This document shows positions 1 through 12,452 of a DNA stretch of 64,000 nucleotides, piece after piece (within the stretch, counting starts at the first letter, position 1; every line of letters begins with the position of its first letter). The notes below the pieces were generated by a model. It saw only the letters and a list, made by a program, of their open reading frames with translations, searched no databases and was not told the DNA's origin. The position numbers and the translations under genes are program-made. The DNA lies in NCBI RefSeq assembly GCF_009914755.1, contig NC_060934.1; one strand, 5' to 3'. The DNA is from the human T2T-CHM13v2.0 reference genome, Homo sapiens.

Positions 1-70
1 CCTCAGGTGATCTGCCTGCCTCCGTCTCCCAAAGTGCTGGGATTACGGATGAGAGCCACCGCGCCTGGCC
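1..70 (-). mobile_element. Alu (5' end of an antisense copy, cut by the window edge), inserted in Tigger1
   Basis: cctcaggtgatctgcctgcc...ccaaagtgctgggattac...gagccaccgcgcctggcc is the reverse complement of the Alu 5' end. Confidence 0.95.
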
Positions 71-450
71 ACATTTTGGTAATTCTCAAAATATTTCAAA
101 CTTTCCCATTATTATATCTGTTATGGTGCCCTCTGATGCCTGATCTTTGATGTTACTATGGTGATTGTCTTGGAGTGTCATGGATCGCACCCACTTAAGA
201 CGGCAAACTTAGGAACTGTTGTGAGTGTTCCCACCGCTCCACGGACCGGCCGTTCCCTCATCTCTCTCCCTCTGCTCAGGCCTCCCTGAGAAGCCCCAAT
301 ATTGAAATTAGGCCACTGAATAACCCTGCAGTTGCCCCTAAGTGTTTAGTGAAAGGAAGAGTCACTCCTCTCTCACTTTAAATCAAATGTAGGGAGAAGG
401 CATGATGATGGCCAAGATGGGTCAAAATCTGGTCCCTTGCAGGAACCCAG
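71..450 (+). mobile_element. Tigger1 DNA transposon fragment (5' region up to the transposase start)
   Basis: acattttggtaattctc...atctttgatgttact...aatattgaaattaggcc...gtgaaaggaagagtc...ctctcactttaaatcaaa matches the recalled Tigger1 consensus. Confidence 0.85.
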
Positions 451-559
451 GCCACTTGCTTGGTTTCTGCCCCTGGGAGTCTTACCACCTTCATCAGACT
501 GGCAAGCACTTTAAAAAGACCTGTAATGTCGCAGTGTTTTCAGGTAGGTACCATAGGTC

Positions 560-940
560 GGTGGTCAGGAGCACAAGCACAGCTCCTTTGGAAAGCATTT
601 TGGGAGCTTCGGGCAAGAATAAAGAAACACACACCTTACTCAGCAATTCTGCCACTGGAGATGCATCCTAGAGAAACCTTCATACACAGAGGCAGAACTG
701 AACAAAGGTGTGCACTGCAGCATGCTTTCACAAAACTGAAAACTTTGAAAATGCCCAAGTTTCTATGGTTAGAGGAATGATGAGTCATCAGTGAAATAAT
801 CACACTACAGAATACTATATAGCAGTTGCATGTAATGGACTATGTCTGTATGCTTCAATGTAGATGAATCTCAAGAAATAGGATGCCAGATAATAAAATT
901 GACTTGCAAAGTAACCCATAGGATAGGATATTATTATAAG
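560..940 (+). mobile_element. Highly decayed L1M (L1ME-like) 3' fragment
   Basis: ctcagcaattctgccact...tcctagagaaac...cacactacagaatactatatagcagtt...gatgaatctcaa resembles old L1 3' ends. Confidence 0.5.
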
Positions 941-3049
941 AACACCGACGTTCTATATTCTTCATGCAGCCATGCGTCTGTGACAAGGCTGCTGATGCGT
1001 GGGTAATAAAGATCCAGTCCAGTCTCCCCTGGAGAGTGTAGGAGGGAAGTGCAATGAGGGGCTGGGGGGTGACTTCACGTGTGACTTCAGTGCTTTATTT
1101 CTTTTGCAGAAAATGCTCTGAAGTCCATTTAGCAAAATCATCATTTGCCAGCTGGGGTGATGAATGCATTTGATGATGATTTAATTTTTCTGGACTGACC
1201 ATCCTGGACCACTGTTTTCTGGCAAAGCTGTTCCATTAGGGAATCTCAGCCATGGATGGCCCCACGACCTGCTGGGTCCATACTGCCCTCGCTGGTGAAT
1301 GTGCTTCTGGAAGGCTCCATGAGGGTTTACTACAAAATACTCTGAGAATTATGGTAGTGAGCTGTGCCCTTGCCCCACCCTGAGGCTTGGCTCATGCAGA
1401 ACCTGGACTTTGCTGCTTCCCATTGCCCCAGTCAGCCCTGGGGAGGGTATTAATGTCCGATTTTCTCAGTGGGGAAGTTCCTTTACTGAGGTTGCAGAGT
1501 TTATTAGTTGGTCGCAGTGCAGTTCAGTCCTAGGCATCGGATCACCCTCGTCTGTGTTGTTGCTGTAAAGGTGATTTTATGGAAACTGATTACTTCCATC
1601 ATTGTCTTGGCCTATGTACAGTAACACCCTTTTCTGGGCCCTCTGGAAGAGGAAGATGAAGCTGAGCCCACAGGCTGCCCCACGTGTGACCGGATGGTGA
1701 GCTGTCCCAGGCAAGAACACACAGGCTTCCCTTCACTCATTGGCTTTGTCCGTGGGGACAGGCTCTTCTGCCAGGTGTGGATGAGTTTTTTCTCATTAAG
1801 CAAGTGGAAACTTGAGGCAATTTTTACAGCTAACCCACAACTTAGAAATAGAGGTTGAGTGCGGCTGGATGTTGACACGTGCATCTGCTGGCCATGTGGC
1901 CCGAAAGTCAAGCAGGAATGAGGCCTGGCTGGCCCAGCCCCACGCTCCCCGCCCCTCAGCTTATGACATCGTTGTTGGAGAATAATAAAAACATACATTT
2001 CATAGGCACAAAAGATGCCCTTGAAAATCAGGCACCTTTGCGAGGTATCCTGACATTGGAGAATGTTCTTCTCACGTTGCGCGCTGCCTGCCCGTTCAGC
2101 TCCGGGTGAAAACATCCGGCTCTTGGCCTCAGCTATCACCACCACCTGGGTTCTCCTGCCGAAGGCTCTGGGCTCTGCTTTGAAAGTGCTCTCTGTTTGC
2201 TAAAATCTCTATTTCTCATTTGAATTTTTTGAATTGTGAGGTGGCTCTGTTGTTTTCTCTGGCAATTATGTCTAAAAAAGTATTAGGTTTGGGGAGGTAA
2301 TTTTGTTCAAAATGTGGATCTGAGAGCTTGATTAGTTATAGGTGCACAACATTCATTTACAGTTGATGGCGGCAGAAACCGTTACCTTCTGAGGAGAAAG
2401 GGCTGAGTGCAAATGCTTTTGTTAATCATTATGCACTTTGGGTATACATATAGCACTGCTCTACTGTTGAGTGTGTTTCAGGCCAAGGGTAAGCAGATGA
2501 GATTAACCATGGGATTTTCCAAATTGAACTTAAAGATGGAGCAAAAAACCCAACAAGATCAACCCCCCAACCCCATACCAGATTGCATAGAGATTTGCCT
2601 GGTACTCTGTAATTTCTTATTGATTTCTCGCAAGGTGGGGATGGACGAGACTGTCAGTGTGATTACAGTGGCTGGCGTTATTGCATGACCTTTGCTGGAT
2701 CTCAGATCAGAACTCACAGCAACGCTTTGCCGCTAGCTGCGCTGAATGCCTCTTCCTGACTCAATGTCCTACGACTCTCAGAATTAAAGTTTTCCATGGT
2801 ATAAACCATGAATGTCAGATTGTGGTATAAGAGCCTCTTTCATAATAATCAATAATTGATAATAAGAGCATACTTCAGGGGCCTGTCCTGGACACACCAG
2901 CTGGGCCCTCTGGGGGGTGATATCACCTGATTAGGGTTTGGAATCCTCTGCACAGGCCCCGATTCCCATTTCCCTGACGTGGGAGCCCAGCACAGAGGCC
3001 ACAGCCCAGCGGTGGCCTCTGCATGGAGCTGTGGGGAACGGGGGCGCAG

Positions 3050-3200
3050 GGGACACTCGGGCTCTGCTCCATCGTCCAGGGGTACGTGACCCTGGGCAAG
3101 TCACTCAGTCTGGCCAACTGATTTTTTAAGGCAGAAAATGAAGATTTAAAAAATATTTGCCTTACAAGTTTCTTACAGGGACAAACGGAGGCAGCACATC
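3050..3200 (+). mobile_element. MIR fragment
   Basis: gtgaccctgggcaagtcactc...gaaaatgaagat...ttgccttacaagttt is MIR core-like. Confidence 0.6.
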
Positions 3201-3722
3201 AATGGGCTGAGTGAGAGTCGGCCGTGGGGGAACATGGGACGCATTTTGAAAACACAGCAGGGAAATGGTGGGGCAGACACTTCTCATCCTCCTCTCAGCC
3301 GCATCTCGCCCACCTTGCTTCTCTCTGTCCGGGCCCTACTTCTCTCCCTGCTCATCTTTTTCCCTGAGCTTCTCCGTGCACTTTGCAGGAATTCCAGGGA
3401 ACCTGAAAGAAGGGTTTCCAGGGCCTCATGTCTGCGAGTCGCGAGCTGTGGCTGGGGTCGCGTCTCCCTCCTTGAGAGGAGTTTTTGAGGGAGTTTTGCT
3501 CCCTCAGAAGGGCCGAGAGCAGCATTAGCTTTTCCACACACAACAAAGCCTCCTCTCTCTCTCTGGTTGGCAAGGCAATAATTCGTTCTCACAAAACCTT
3601 CCAGAACCTACTGAGTCAGATAACAGTGCAAGTGCCTGAGGCATACGAAGGGAAAAACAGGCTTTGCCTCTTTGGTCCCTCAGGCCCAAGTGGGAGAAGC
3701 CTTGACACTATGACCGTGTGAC

Positions 3723-3932
3723 AGTCCTGGGGCCGGGCTGGGTGAGGGTGGGGGCCGAGCTTGCCCTGTGGTCCTGTGGCAGTCGTGGGGCCAGGCAGGG
3801 TGAGGGTGGGAGCCGAGCTCGCCCTGTGGTCCTGTGGCAGTCGTGGGGCCAGGCTGGGTGAGGGTGGGGGCCGAGCTTGCCCTGTGGTCCTGTGGCAGTC
3901 GTGGGGCTGGGCTGGGTGAGGGTGGGAGCTGG
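3723..3932. repeat. 58-bp G-rich minisatellite, ~3.6 copies
   Basis: Unit gtcgtggggccaggc(a/t)gggtgagggtggg(a/g)gccgagct(c/t)gccctgtggtcctgtggca read directly. Confidence 0.95.
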
Positions 3933-4494
3933 TCCTAGGGGAGTGGCGCTCTGAGCTCTGAGGCTGTTGGAAAATGGAGGAGCTCACGTCCAGGTGCTGC
4001 CCCTGGCGGCCTCTTGCTGTAGTGACTGCATGTGAACCACTCACAGCTTTAACGCAGACTTTACAAATTAACTTTTTTTCCTTCCACACGGAAGGTATTA
4101 AATGTGTTACACTCCCCTCCCCGACCCAGGAAATTGGTCTCATTTTTTTCTCCATATAATCAACAGGTTTCTCACACTCAGTCATCGTATATAAAAACCT
4201 AGAGATAAAACATCAGGAGACCAGGAAAACACCTGCCTCTAAGTAGAAAGCTATTGATGGAAAGCTATTGTTGACGCACCTGCTTGGTGGGTCTTAGAGC
4301 CGAATTCCTGCACTCACCAGGGTCTCTACTCAATAGGCCACACCCTGGGGGTGAGGGGACCTGGGGGACTATCGGCCTCCCCTCTTCATGCTGCCCTGTG
4401 GAAGTTACCCCCTGGGTTGTGTCCCAAACCCCTCACTCTTTCTCTGTGCGCCCCAAGTCTGGGTGTTCCCGCTGGCCAGCAGAGAAGATGATAG

Positions 4495-4632
4495 CGGCTG
4501 TTACCCACACAAAAGGCAGTGGAAGGTGCAGGTGATCATTTGCTTGACTGTGGTAACTACTTCACTAAGTGTAAGTGTAATGAAACATCATGATGTACAC
4601 CTGAAATATACACAATAAAATACTCTTTAAAA
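4495..4632 (+). mobile_element. Short L1MA-like 3' terminal fragment
   Basis: gcttgactgtggtaactacttcac...aaacatcatgatgtacacctgaaatatacacaataaaa. Confidence 0.6.
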
Positions 4633-4859
4633 AGTCAGCCTGACTTAGGCTCACAAAGCCTGATTAGCCCACCAATGGGCAGCTCTGCCCTTTTTCCGAG
4701 AGGGTGGGCATGGCCACGCCCCTCCTGAGTCATCCCCTCTGTCTCTGATCCCCAGAGCAGGCACACTGAGCTTTTCCCTGGCTCCCACTTTTTGTACTTT
4801 GTCCCTGTCTTCTCTCAGGAAGCTGTCTCCAAAGCTCGCGGCACAGATTGGTGAATGGA

Positions 4860-5030
4860 CTCGTTGTCTCTGGGGCACAGAGGTGGATTCCAGTGGCTGG
4901 GTGCTGGCAGTGTGACCTGGCCCATCACGCGGTTCACAAATGGAACCTACCACATGGGCCTTGTTAGATCAATGGAGACAGTGCATGTAACAGTTTTAGC
5001 ATTCTCTGCCAAATGTTGCAGACACTCAGA
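4860..5030 (+). mobile_element. MIR fragment
   Basis: gtgtgacctggccc...aaatggaacctaccacatgggccttgttagatc...gtgcatgtaacagttttagca. Confidence 0.45.
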
Positions 5031-5040
5031 ATGCGTGATT

Positions 5041-7437
5041 TCAGCAACACATCAAAAAGATAATTCATCATGATCAAGGGGGTTTTATTCTAGAGATGCA
5101 AGGATGAATCCGCATCTACAAATCCATAAATGTGATTTACCACACAAACAGAACTAAAAACAAAAAACATAGGGTCATCTCAACAGATGTATAAAAGGCA
5201 TTTGATAAAATCCAACATCCCTTCATGATAAAAACTGTCAACAACTAGGCATTGTAGACACATACCTCAAAATAATAAAAGCCATCTATGACAAACCCAC
5301 AGCCAACGTCACACTTAATGGGGAAAAGTTGAAAGCATTTCCCTAAGGACTGGAACAAGATGATGTCCACTCTCACTACTTCTACTTAAAATAGTACTGG
5401 AAGTCCTAACCAGAGAAATCAGGCAAGAGAAAGAAATAAAAGACATCCAAATTGGAAAAGAGGAAGTGAAACTATCTCTGTTCCCTGATGACATAAATGT
5501 GTGTATACCTAGGAACCCTAAAGACTCCTCTAAAAGACTCCTAGACTTGATAAATGGCTTCAGTAAAGTTTCAGGATACAAAATCAATGTATAAAAATTA
5601 GTAGCATTTCTATACATCAATAATGTTTAAGCTGAGAAACAAATCAAGAACTCAATCCCATTTACAATAGCCACACACACAAAATAAAATACCTAGGAAT
5701 ACATTTAACCAAGGAGATGGAAGATAGCTACAAGGAGAGCTACAAAACACTGATGAAAGAAATTGTAGACACAAACCAATGGAAAACCATCCCATGCTCA
5801 TGGATTGGAAGAATCAGTGTTGTTAAAATGTCCACATTGCCTAAAGCAGTCGGCAGATTCAATGCAATCTCTATCAAATTCCAACATTATTTTTCACAGA
5901 ATTAGAAAAAACAATCCTAAAGTTCATATAAAACCAAAAACAGACCCTGAATAGCTAAAGCAGTCCTGAGAAAAAGAACAGATCCAGATGTATCACATTG
6001 CCTGACTTTAAATTATACTACAAGTCTATAGTAAGAACAGGATGGTATTGGTACGAAGATAGACACATAGACCCACGGAACAGAGAACCCGGAAAGAAAG
6101 TGGTCCGTCTCCAGCCATCTGGTCCTCAACAAAGCTGACAAAAATAAACAATGGGGAAAGGACATCCTAGTCAGTAAATGGTGCTGGGAAATTGGCTATC
6201 CATATGCAGAAGAATGAAACTGGACCCCTATCTCTCACCATATACAAAAATTAATTCGACGATGGATTAAAGACTTAAACATAGGACCTGAAACTATAAA
6301 AATCCTAGAAGAAAACCTAGGAAAAACTTCTGGACATTGGCCTAGGCAAAAGATTTATGATGAAGGCCCCAAAAGGAAATGCACAAATCCAGAAACAGAC
6401 AAAGTGGACTTAATTAAACTAACAAGCTTCTGCACAGCAAAAAATAAAATAAAGTAAAATAAAAAAGTAAACAGACAACCTACAAAATGGGATGAAATAT
6501 TTGCAAATTATGCCTCTGACAAACGGCTAATATCCGGAATCTGCATGGAATTCAAATAACTTAGCAAGAAAAAACCAAACAACTCCACAAAAAATTGGGC
6601 AAAGGGCATGAACAGACATTTCTCAAAAGAAAAAATATAAGCAGCCAACAAACATATGATAAAATGCTCAACGTCACAGGGGAAATGCAAATTAAAATCA
6701 CACTGAGATGTCATCTTACCCCAGTCAGATGGCTATTATTAAAAAGTAAAAAAAAAAAAAAATCCAACATGTTTGTGTGGATGCAGAGAAAAGGGGATGC
6801 TTGTGCACTGTTGGTGGAAATGTAAACTAATTCCACTTCTATGGAAAACGGTACAGAGATTTCTTAAGGAACTAAGAATAGAACCACCATTTGACCCAGC
6901 AATTTTACTGCTGGGCATCTACCCAAAGGAAAAGAAAATCATTACATAAAAAAGACGCCTGTACGTGTATGTTCACCTCAGCACTATTGACAGTAGCAAA
7001 GACATGTAACCAACCTAAATATCCATCAACAGTGGATGAATAAAGAAAATGTAGTACATATACACCATGGAATACCATGTATCCATAAAAAAGGGTAAAA
7101 TTATGTCCTTTGCAGCAACATGAATGGAGCTGGAGGCCATTATCCTAAATGAACTAACTCAGAAACAGAAAAGCAAATACTGCCTGTTCTCACTTATGAG
7201 TGGGGGCTAAACGATGGGTACACATGGACATAAAGAAGAAAACAACAGACACTGAGGACTTGAGAAGGGGGAGGGAGGAATGGGTAAGATTCGAACAATC
7301 AGCCATCAGTACAATGTTCACTATTTGGGTAATGGGTACACTAGCAGCCCAATCCCCACCAGGGTGCAGTATACCCACGGGACAAACACGCACATGTATC
7401 CCTAAGCCTAAAATAAAATGAAATTAAATTAAAAAAA
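5041..7437 (+). mobile_element. 5'-truncated L1PB-type LINE-1 (decayed ORF2 RT/C-terminal part, 3'UTR, A-tail)
   Basis: ORF2 remnants such as [24 protein letters not shown] (5717-5905); 3'UTR gggtacacatggacataaaga...gtacaatgttcactatttgggtaatgggtacactag is L1PB3/4-like; many stops and frameshifts. Confidence 0.93.
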
Positions 7438-7878
7438 GTTTTGAAATGACCTATCAAATGTTGCAGGCCCTCAGAACACATTAATTGTGACCATGAAAGA
7501 CACCGTAAGCCGCCAACACCTTTTGAGGGCATGAAGAGGGAGGTGTGGGGCCCATCTCACAGGGTGGTGCCAGGGATTTGGGATCAAGAGGTTTGAAGGG
7601 CCTGCATTATAAAAATGATGTGATTTGGAAAATGCATTTATTTGCACTTGGAACAATTCAAATAGACAGTTCAAAATAGAGTATAAGAATTGGTGATTCC
7701 TTTAGTCCACTCCGAAATTTATTATCCCAAATAATTATTATTCTTGCCGGTCATAATTGCATACTCATAGTATATTAGAGCTGGGAGTAGGTCTGCAAGA
7801 AACTCATATGCTTACACCAGGGCAGACGGGGAACACTTGCTATGTTAGCTGCACGTCAGGATTCTTAGAAAGGTTTAG

Positions 7879-8175
7879 CATCTAACCAAGGAGATGAAAG
7901 ATAGCTACAAGGAGAGCTACAAAACACTGAGAAAAGAAATTGAGACACAAACAAATGGAAAACCATCCCGTGCTCATGGAATAGAAGAATCAATATTACT
8001 AAAATGTCCATATTGCCCCAAACACTCAGCAGATTCAATGCCATCCCTCTGTCAAATTGCCAGTTATTTTTCACAGTTAGAAAAAACAATCCTAAAGTTC
8101 ATATGGAATCAAAACAGATCCCGACTTGACAAAGCAGTCTTGAGAAAAAGAACAGAGGAGGAGAGTACCACTCTC
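7879..8175 (+). mobile_element. Isolated L1 ORF2 fragment, a local duplicate of ~5702-5985
   Basis: Colinear with 5702-5985 and shares its unusual bases (gatagctacaaggagagctac, tgagaaaaagaacaga). Confidence 0.85.
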
Positions 8176-8303
8176 TGTCTGTCTCCGTGTCTCTCTCTGT
8201 CTCTGTGTCTCTCTCGGTCTTTGTCTCACTGTGTCTCTCTGTCTCTACCCCTGTTTCTGTCTCTGACACACACACACACACACACCCACACACACACACA
8301 CGC
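8172..8303. repeat. (CT/CTGT)n followed by a (CA)n microsatellite
   Basis: Direct reading. Confidence 0.9.
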
Positions 8304-8414
8304 GCGTCTTGTTGGTAAAGGCTCCTCAGAGTCACTCACTCAGACTGGAAACTGATTCTTACCAACCCCTGGAGGGCTCCAGCTGGTAAACAGTGCCTGA
8401 GTGTGTAACATAAC

Positions 8415-8558
8415 CAGTGCGTGTACGAGTGTGTGCCCGAGCATGTGCCTGTGTGTGCACATGTAATTGTGCATGTGTGACTGTGTGACTGTGTGCATGC
8501 GTGTGTGTGTGCATTATGTATACTTTGTGTGGATGTGTGTGTGTGCATTTGTGTGTAC
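8415..8558. repeat. Degenerate (TG)n tract
   Basis: Direct reading. Confidence 0.85.
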
Positions 8559-8703
8559 ACCTACATCAGCTGGGTGGGAAATGGCAGGGGAACTGAGCAG
8601 AAAGCAGGATGGCATGGTGGCCCTGGGAGACAGCACAGCTCCCCTGCCCTCTTGCCCTCACTGGGGCTCACACCACACTTCTTCTCCCTGGAAAATTCCT
8701 GAT

Positions 8704-8900
8704 GTGGACTCCGCGCACCTTTCCTAATGAGACCACGTGGACTCCGCGCACCCTTCCTAGTGAAACCGCGTGGGCTCCGCGCACCCTTCCTAGTGAGACC
8801 ACGTGGGCTCCGCGCACCCTTCCTAGTGAAACCGCGTGGGCTCCGCGCACCCTTCCTAGTGAAACCGCGTGGGCTCCGCGCACCTTTCCTAGTGAAACCC
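8704..8900. repeat. 33-bp CpG-rich minisatellite, ~6 copies
   Basis: Unit gtgggctccgcgcacccttcctagtgaaaccgc and close variants. Confidence 0.95.
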
Positions 8901-9479
8901 GCTTCCAGTGAGACTCCGTGGGTGGCATCCCGGCCACCCACGCCCTGGCATGTCCTCCTGCCTCTGCACCCCAGCCAAGCACCTCATTCTGGAGACCTCT
9001 TAGAATGAGGCATCTGTGAACTGTGGCTTCTCTGAGGTCTTTGTGGGCGGCACCAGGTTTTCAGAGAGCTGCACGTATCCTTCCACTGTAGAAATTAGAG
9101 AAAAGCAGGCAAATAATTTGGAACTATTGATAAATACCACAAGCCAGGGTCATAGGACGATCATGAGCAATTTGAAAACTCAGGGAGGCATCTGCATGGG
9201 AAAATGCAAAATGAAATGATTTCCATCCACTTCTCCCACGGGCACCCTCCAGAGCCTCATACGCACGTGACCTTGTTTGATACGGTGTCCGGAATGTGGT
9301 GCTAAGTCTAAAGTTTTAACGCATTAAAGGACAGCATCTGGGGGAGAAAGGCCAACGCTTTATATTGTCATGACTGTGGTGAAACTTTTGCTTTCCAAGT
9401 GGAAGCTGTTCCGGTTGTGCAAAGCCGGATGGCCTAGGCTGCTGTCGTTCAAAGGTGAAGAGCATGTGTGGGTGGGGCC

Positions 9480-9760
9480 AGGCCGGGTGGGTCTGCCCTC
9501 CCTCTGCCCGCCGTATGCAGCGCTGCGCTTGCTCCAGAGCTCAGGCATCCTCTCCTCTGGCTCCCGCCGTCCGTCCTCTGCTGGGCCGTTTGCACGCCCG
9601 GCTTCCCCTGTGCGGTATCATTGGGACCGCATGCATCACTAATGACGCTGCGTGTCTGCGGGTCAGACGGGCTCCCGGGAGTTAGTCAGGCAGCGCGCCA
9701 CGCTACATTGGAAGAGATAATGTTGCTTCTGGTGAAGGTTATTCTGCGGCCGAGCAGCCC
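9480..9760. promoter_or_regulatory. Small CpG-rich patch (possible regulatory element)
   Basis: High local CpG density in non-repetitive sequence; no functional data. Confidence 0.3.
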
Positions 9761-10604
9761 TTTCCCTCCATGAAGCCCCACTTAGGGAGGGGAAGGCAGG
9801 TGCCTGGGTTCTCCAGGGCAAGGCAGAGGGTCTGGAAGCGACAGGAGGCAGGCTGGGGCCGGGGGTGGGAGGCAGTGGCTCCTGGCATTTGTGGAGTGGA
9901 CACTGGCAGGCTGGGCAGCTGCAGAAGGGCCTCCTTCAAAGACTCGTCACGCAGGACCCCATGGGGCTGGGCCTGTGGTGCATGGGACTCAGGAAGGAGC
10001 AGGTGCGGCTGTCAGGAAACCTCTTTTCAGCACAACTCCAGGGCCCAGGGCCGCCTTTGTGCCGGGCAGCCTTGGGCTCAGCTGGTCCTCGCAGAACTGG
10101 GTCGGATCCCAACCTCTGGGCGGTGGTCAGCAGAGAGGTTACAGTGGCCAGATGGCAGGGACTCATGGCTGCTCAGTGTTGGAAGAGAAAACTCCTCAGA
10201 ATTAACTGCCCCAGGGCAGACACGCCTTACAAACGTGGAGTTGTTCGGTCCACTCAGCCCAGACCAGCCTGTGGGTGATGGGCTTCCAGATTCGGCTCCC
10301 AGGCCCACTTCCCGCAGGTATAGGCATGGTGTGTGCCCTGTGAGCCTGTTCCCCGCTCTGCACCCTTAGATGAAGGGCACTCAGTCCCAGACAAAAGCCA
10401 TGACCCTGTGAGGTTGTGGGCATCCAGCATCCACAGGGAAGCACATGGTATTCCCCAAAGGTGCAATACACGCCAGGTGGGATGAGAACTGTCCTCGTAT
10501 TGGAGCCCTTAGACACACAGACTCACAGGGTGTGAAACACGGGAGACCGGAGGAGGCAGGGCAAGGTCATGTGTGCTCCTACCACCCACCCTTGCTCCTG
10601 ACAT

Positions 10605-10991
10605 ATGTGCGTGCACACATGTGCACAGATTCACACGCCACACACATGCACACACGCACACATGTGCACACACATGCACACACGCACACACACACCACAC
10701 ACATGCACACACACGTGCACACACCGCACACATGCACACACATGCACATGACACACATGCATGTGAACTCCCACACCACACACGTGCACATACCACACTT
10801 GCCACACATGCACACACGTGCACAGACACACACCACACACATGCACACACGCACACATGTGCACACACATGCACACACACGCACATGACACATATACACG
10901 TGAACTCACACACCCCACACACGTGCACGTACCACACACCACACATACCACATGCATGAACACACATCACGACACACACACACACACGCAC
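10605..10991. repeat. Degenerate (CA)n/(CACATG)n low-complexity tract
   Basis: cacacatgcacacacgcacacatgtgcacac... repeated. Confidence 0.9.
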
Positions 10992-11747
10992 ATCTTTTTC
11001 TACCTTCCCGTGCATCTGGATTACAAATGGATAAGGCCGCGCTGGCAATGCCACAGGGATCTATGAAGGGAGGGCTGATTCATTTGCCGGTTTGTCTTTG
11101 AACAATCTATGAAAATAAAGTAAATAAACAGCATCTACACAAAGGGGAGCAACTAGTACATTGGTTGAAAATGAGACTCCTCAAGCATTTCAAGAGCATT
11201 TTAACTACCATAAATAACTTAAAGTTATTGTTACCTCTAAGTTTCTACCCATTAGCATGGAGGCTCTGAGAGTTACATAATGTTCACAGCCCAAGGCAGC
11301 TTGGCTGCCAGGACAGAGCCTGAAAGGCTTCCAGAAAGTCCAGAAAGTCTTGGCCTCATCAGGCCCTCTCCTCTCCTCACTGCCCAGTGTGGGGGTTCTT
11401 ATGGGAGGGCAGGGGGAAGGAGAAGCTCCTACGTGGGGTGGGCACGTCCCTCTCTCAGGAATCTCACGGGCAGAGCAGTAACTTTCCCATGTAGTCAGGT
11501 GGTTTATTTCTCCAGGTCTTGGCCTCTAGTTGCTACAGAAAGGCGGCTGCTGCACCTCTGTAAGTTTGAAACCATTCGCTCCGCACCCCAAATGTCCTCT
11601 GGCCCTTGCTGAAGCTTCATTTCTTTTTCTCCTGAGGGAGACCAGCTCCAGCCGGGATCCCAGCAGCTCCAGGTGTGGAAGAGGAGGAAACAGTGAACTT
11701 CCCCTTCCCACGTGTTTCCAGGTCCACACGTCAGGCTCAGCTTTGGT

Positions 11748-12452
11748 GGGGCAGGGGGGTGGGTGGGGGGGGTTGTGTGCTCCTGGGGTGTGTGTGTGCG
11801 CATGTGCTTGTGTGCTCCTGGGGTGTGTGTGCGCTCCTGGGGTGTGTTTGTGTGCACCCCTGGGGTGTGTGTGTGTGGTGCGTCCCTGGGGTGTGTGTGT
11901 TTGTGTGTGCTCCTGGGGTGTGTGTGTGCGCATGTGCGTGTGTGCTCCTGGGGTGTGTGTGCGCTCCTGGGGTGTGTGTGTTTGTGTGCACCCCTGGGAT
12001 GTGTGTGTGCGGTGCGTCCCTGGGGTGTGTGTGTTTGTGTGTGCTCCTGGGGTGTGTGTGTGCGCCTCTGGGGTGTGTGCTCCTGGGGTGTGTGCGTTTG
12101 TGTGCGCCCCTGGGGTGTGTTTGTGTGCGCCCCTGGGGTGTGTGTGTTTGTGTGTGCCCCTGGGGTGTGTGTATGTGCGTGTGCTCCTGGGGTGTGTGTG
12201 CACACATGCACATGCCTGGTGTGTGCTCCTGGGGTGTGTGTGTTTGTGCTCCTGGGGTGTGTGTGCACATGTGCATGTGCGCTCCTGGGTTGTGTGTGCA
12301 CACATGCACATGCCTGGTGTATGCTCCTGGGGTGTGCATATGTGTGTGTGTGCTCCTGGGGTGTGTGTGCGCATGTGTGTGTGCGCTCCTGGGGTGTGTG
12401 TTTGTGTGTGCTCCTGGGGTGTGTGTGCACACGTGCACATGTCTGGTGTGTG
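11748..12452. repeat. G-run block followed by an irregular [ctcctgggg(tg)n] minisatellite
   Basis: More than 20 (c/t)cctgggg anchors separated by variable TG tracts, preceded by ggggcaggggggtgggtgggggggg. Confidence 0.93.

Noticed and set aside
5041-8355. Reverse-transcriptase-like peptides (5717-5905, 7894-8355)
   Set aside because: Dead L1 ORF2 remnants with stops and frameshifts; not a functional RT system
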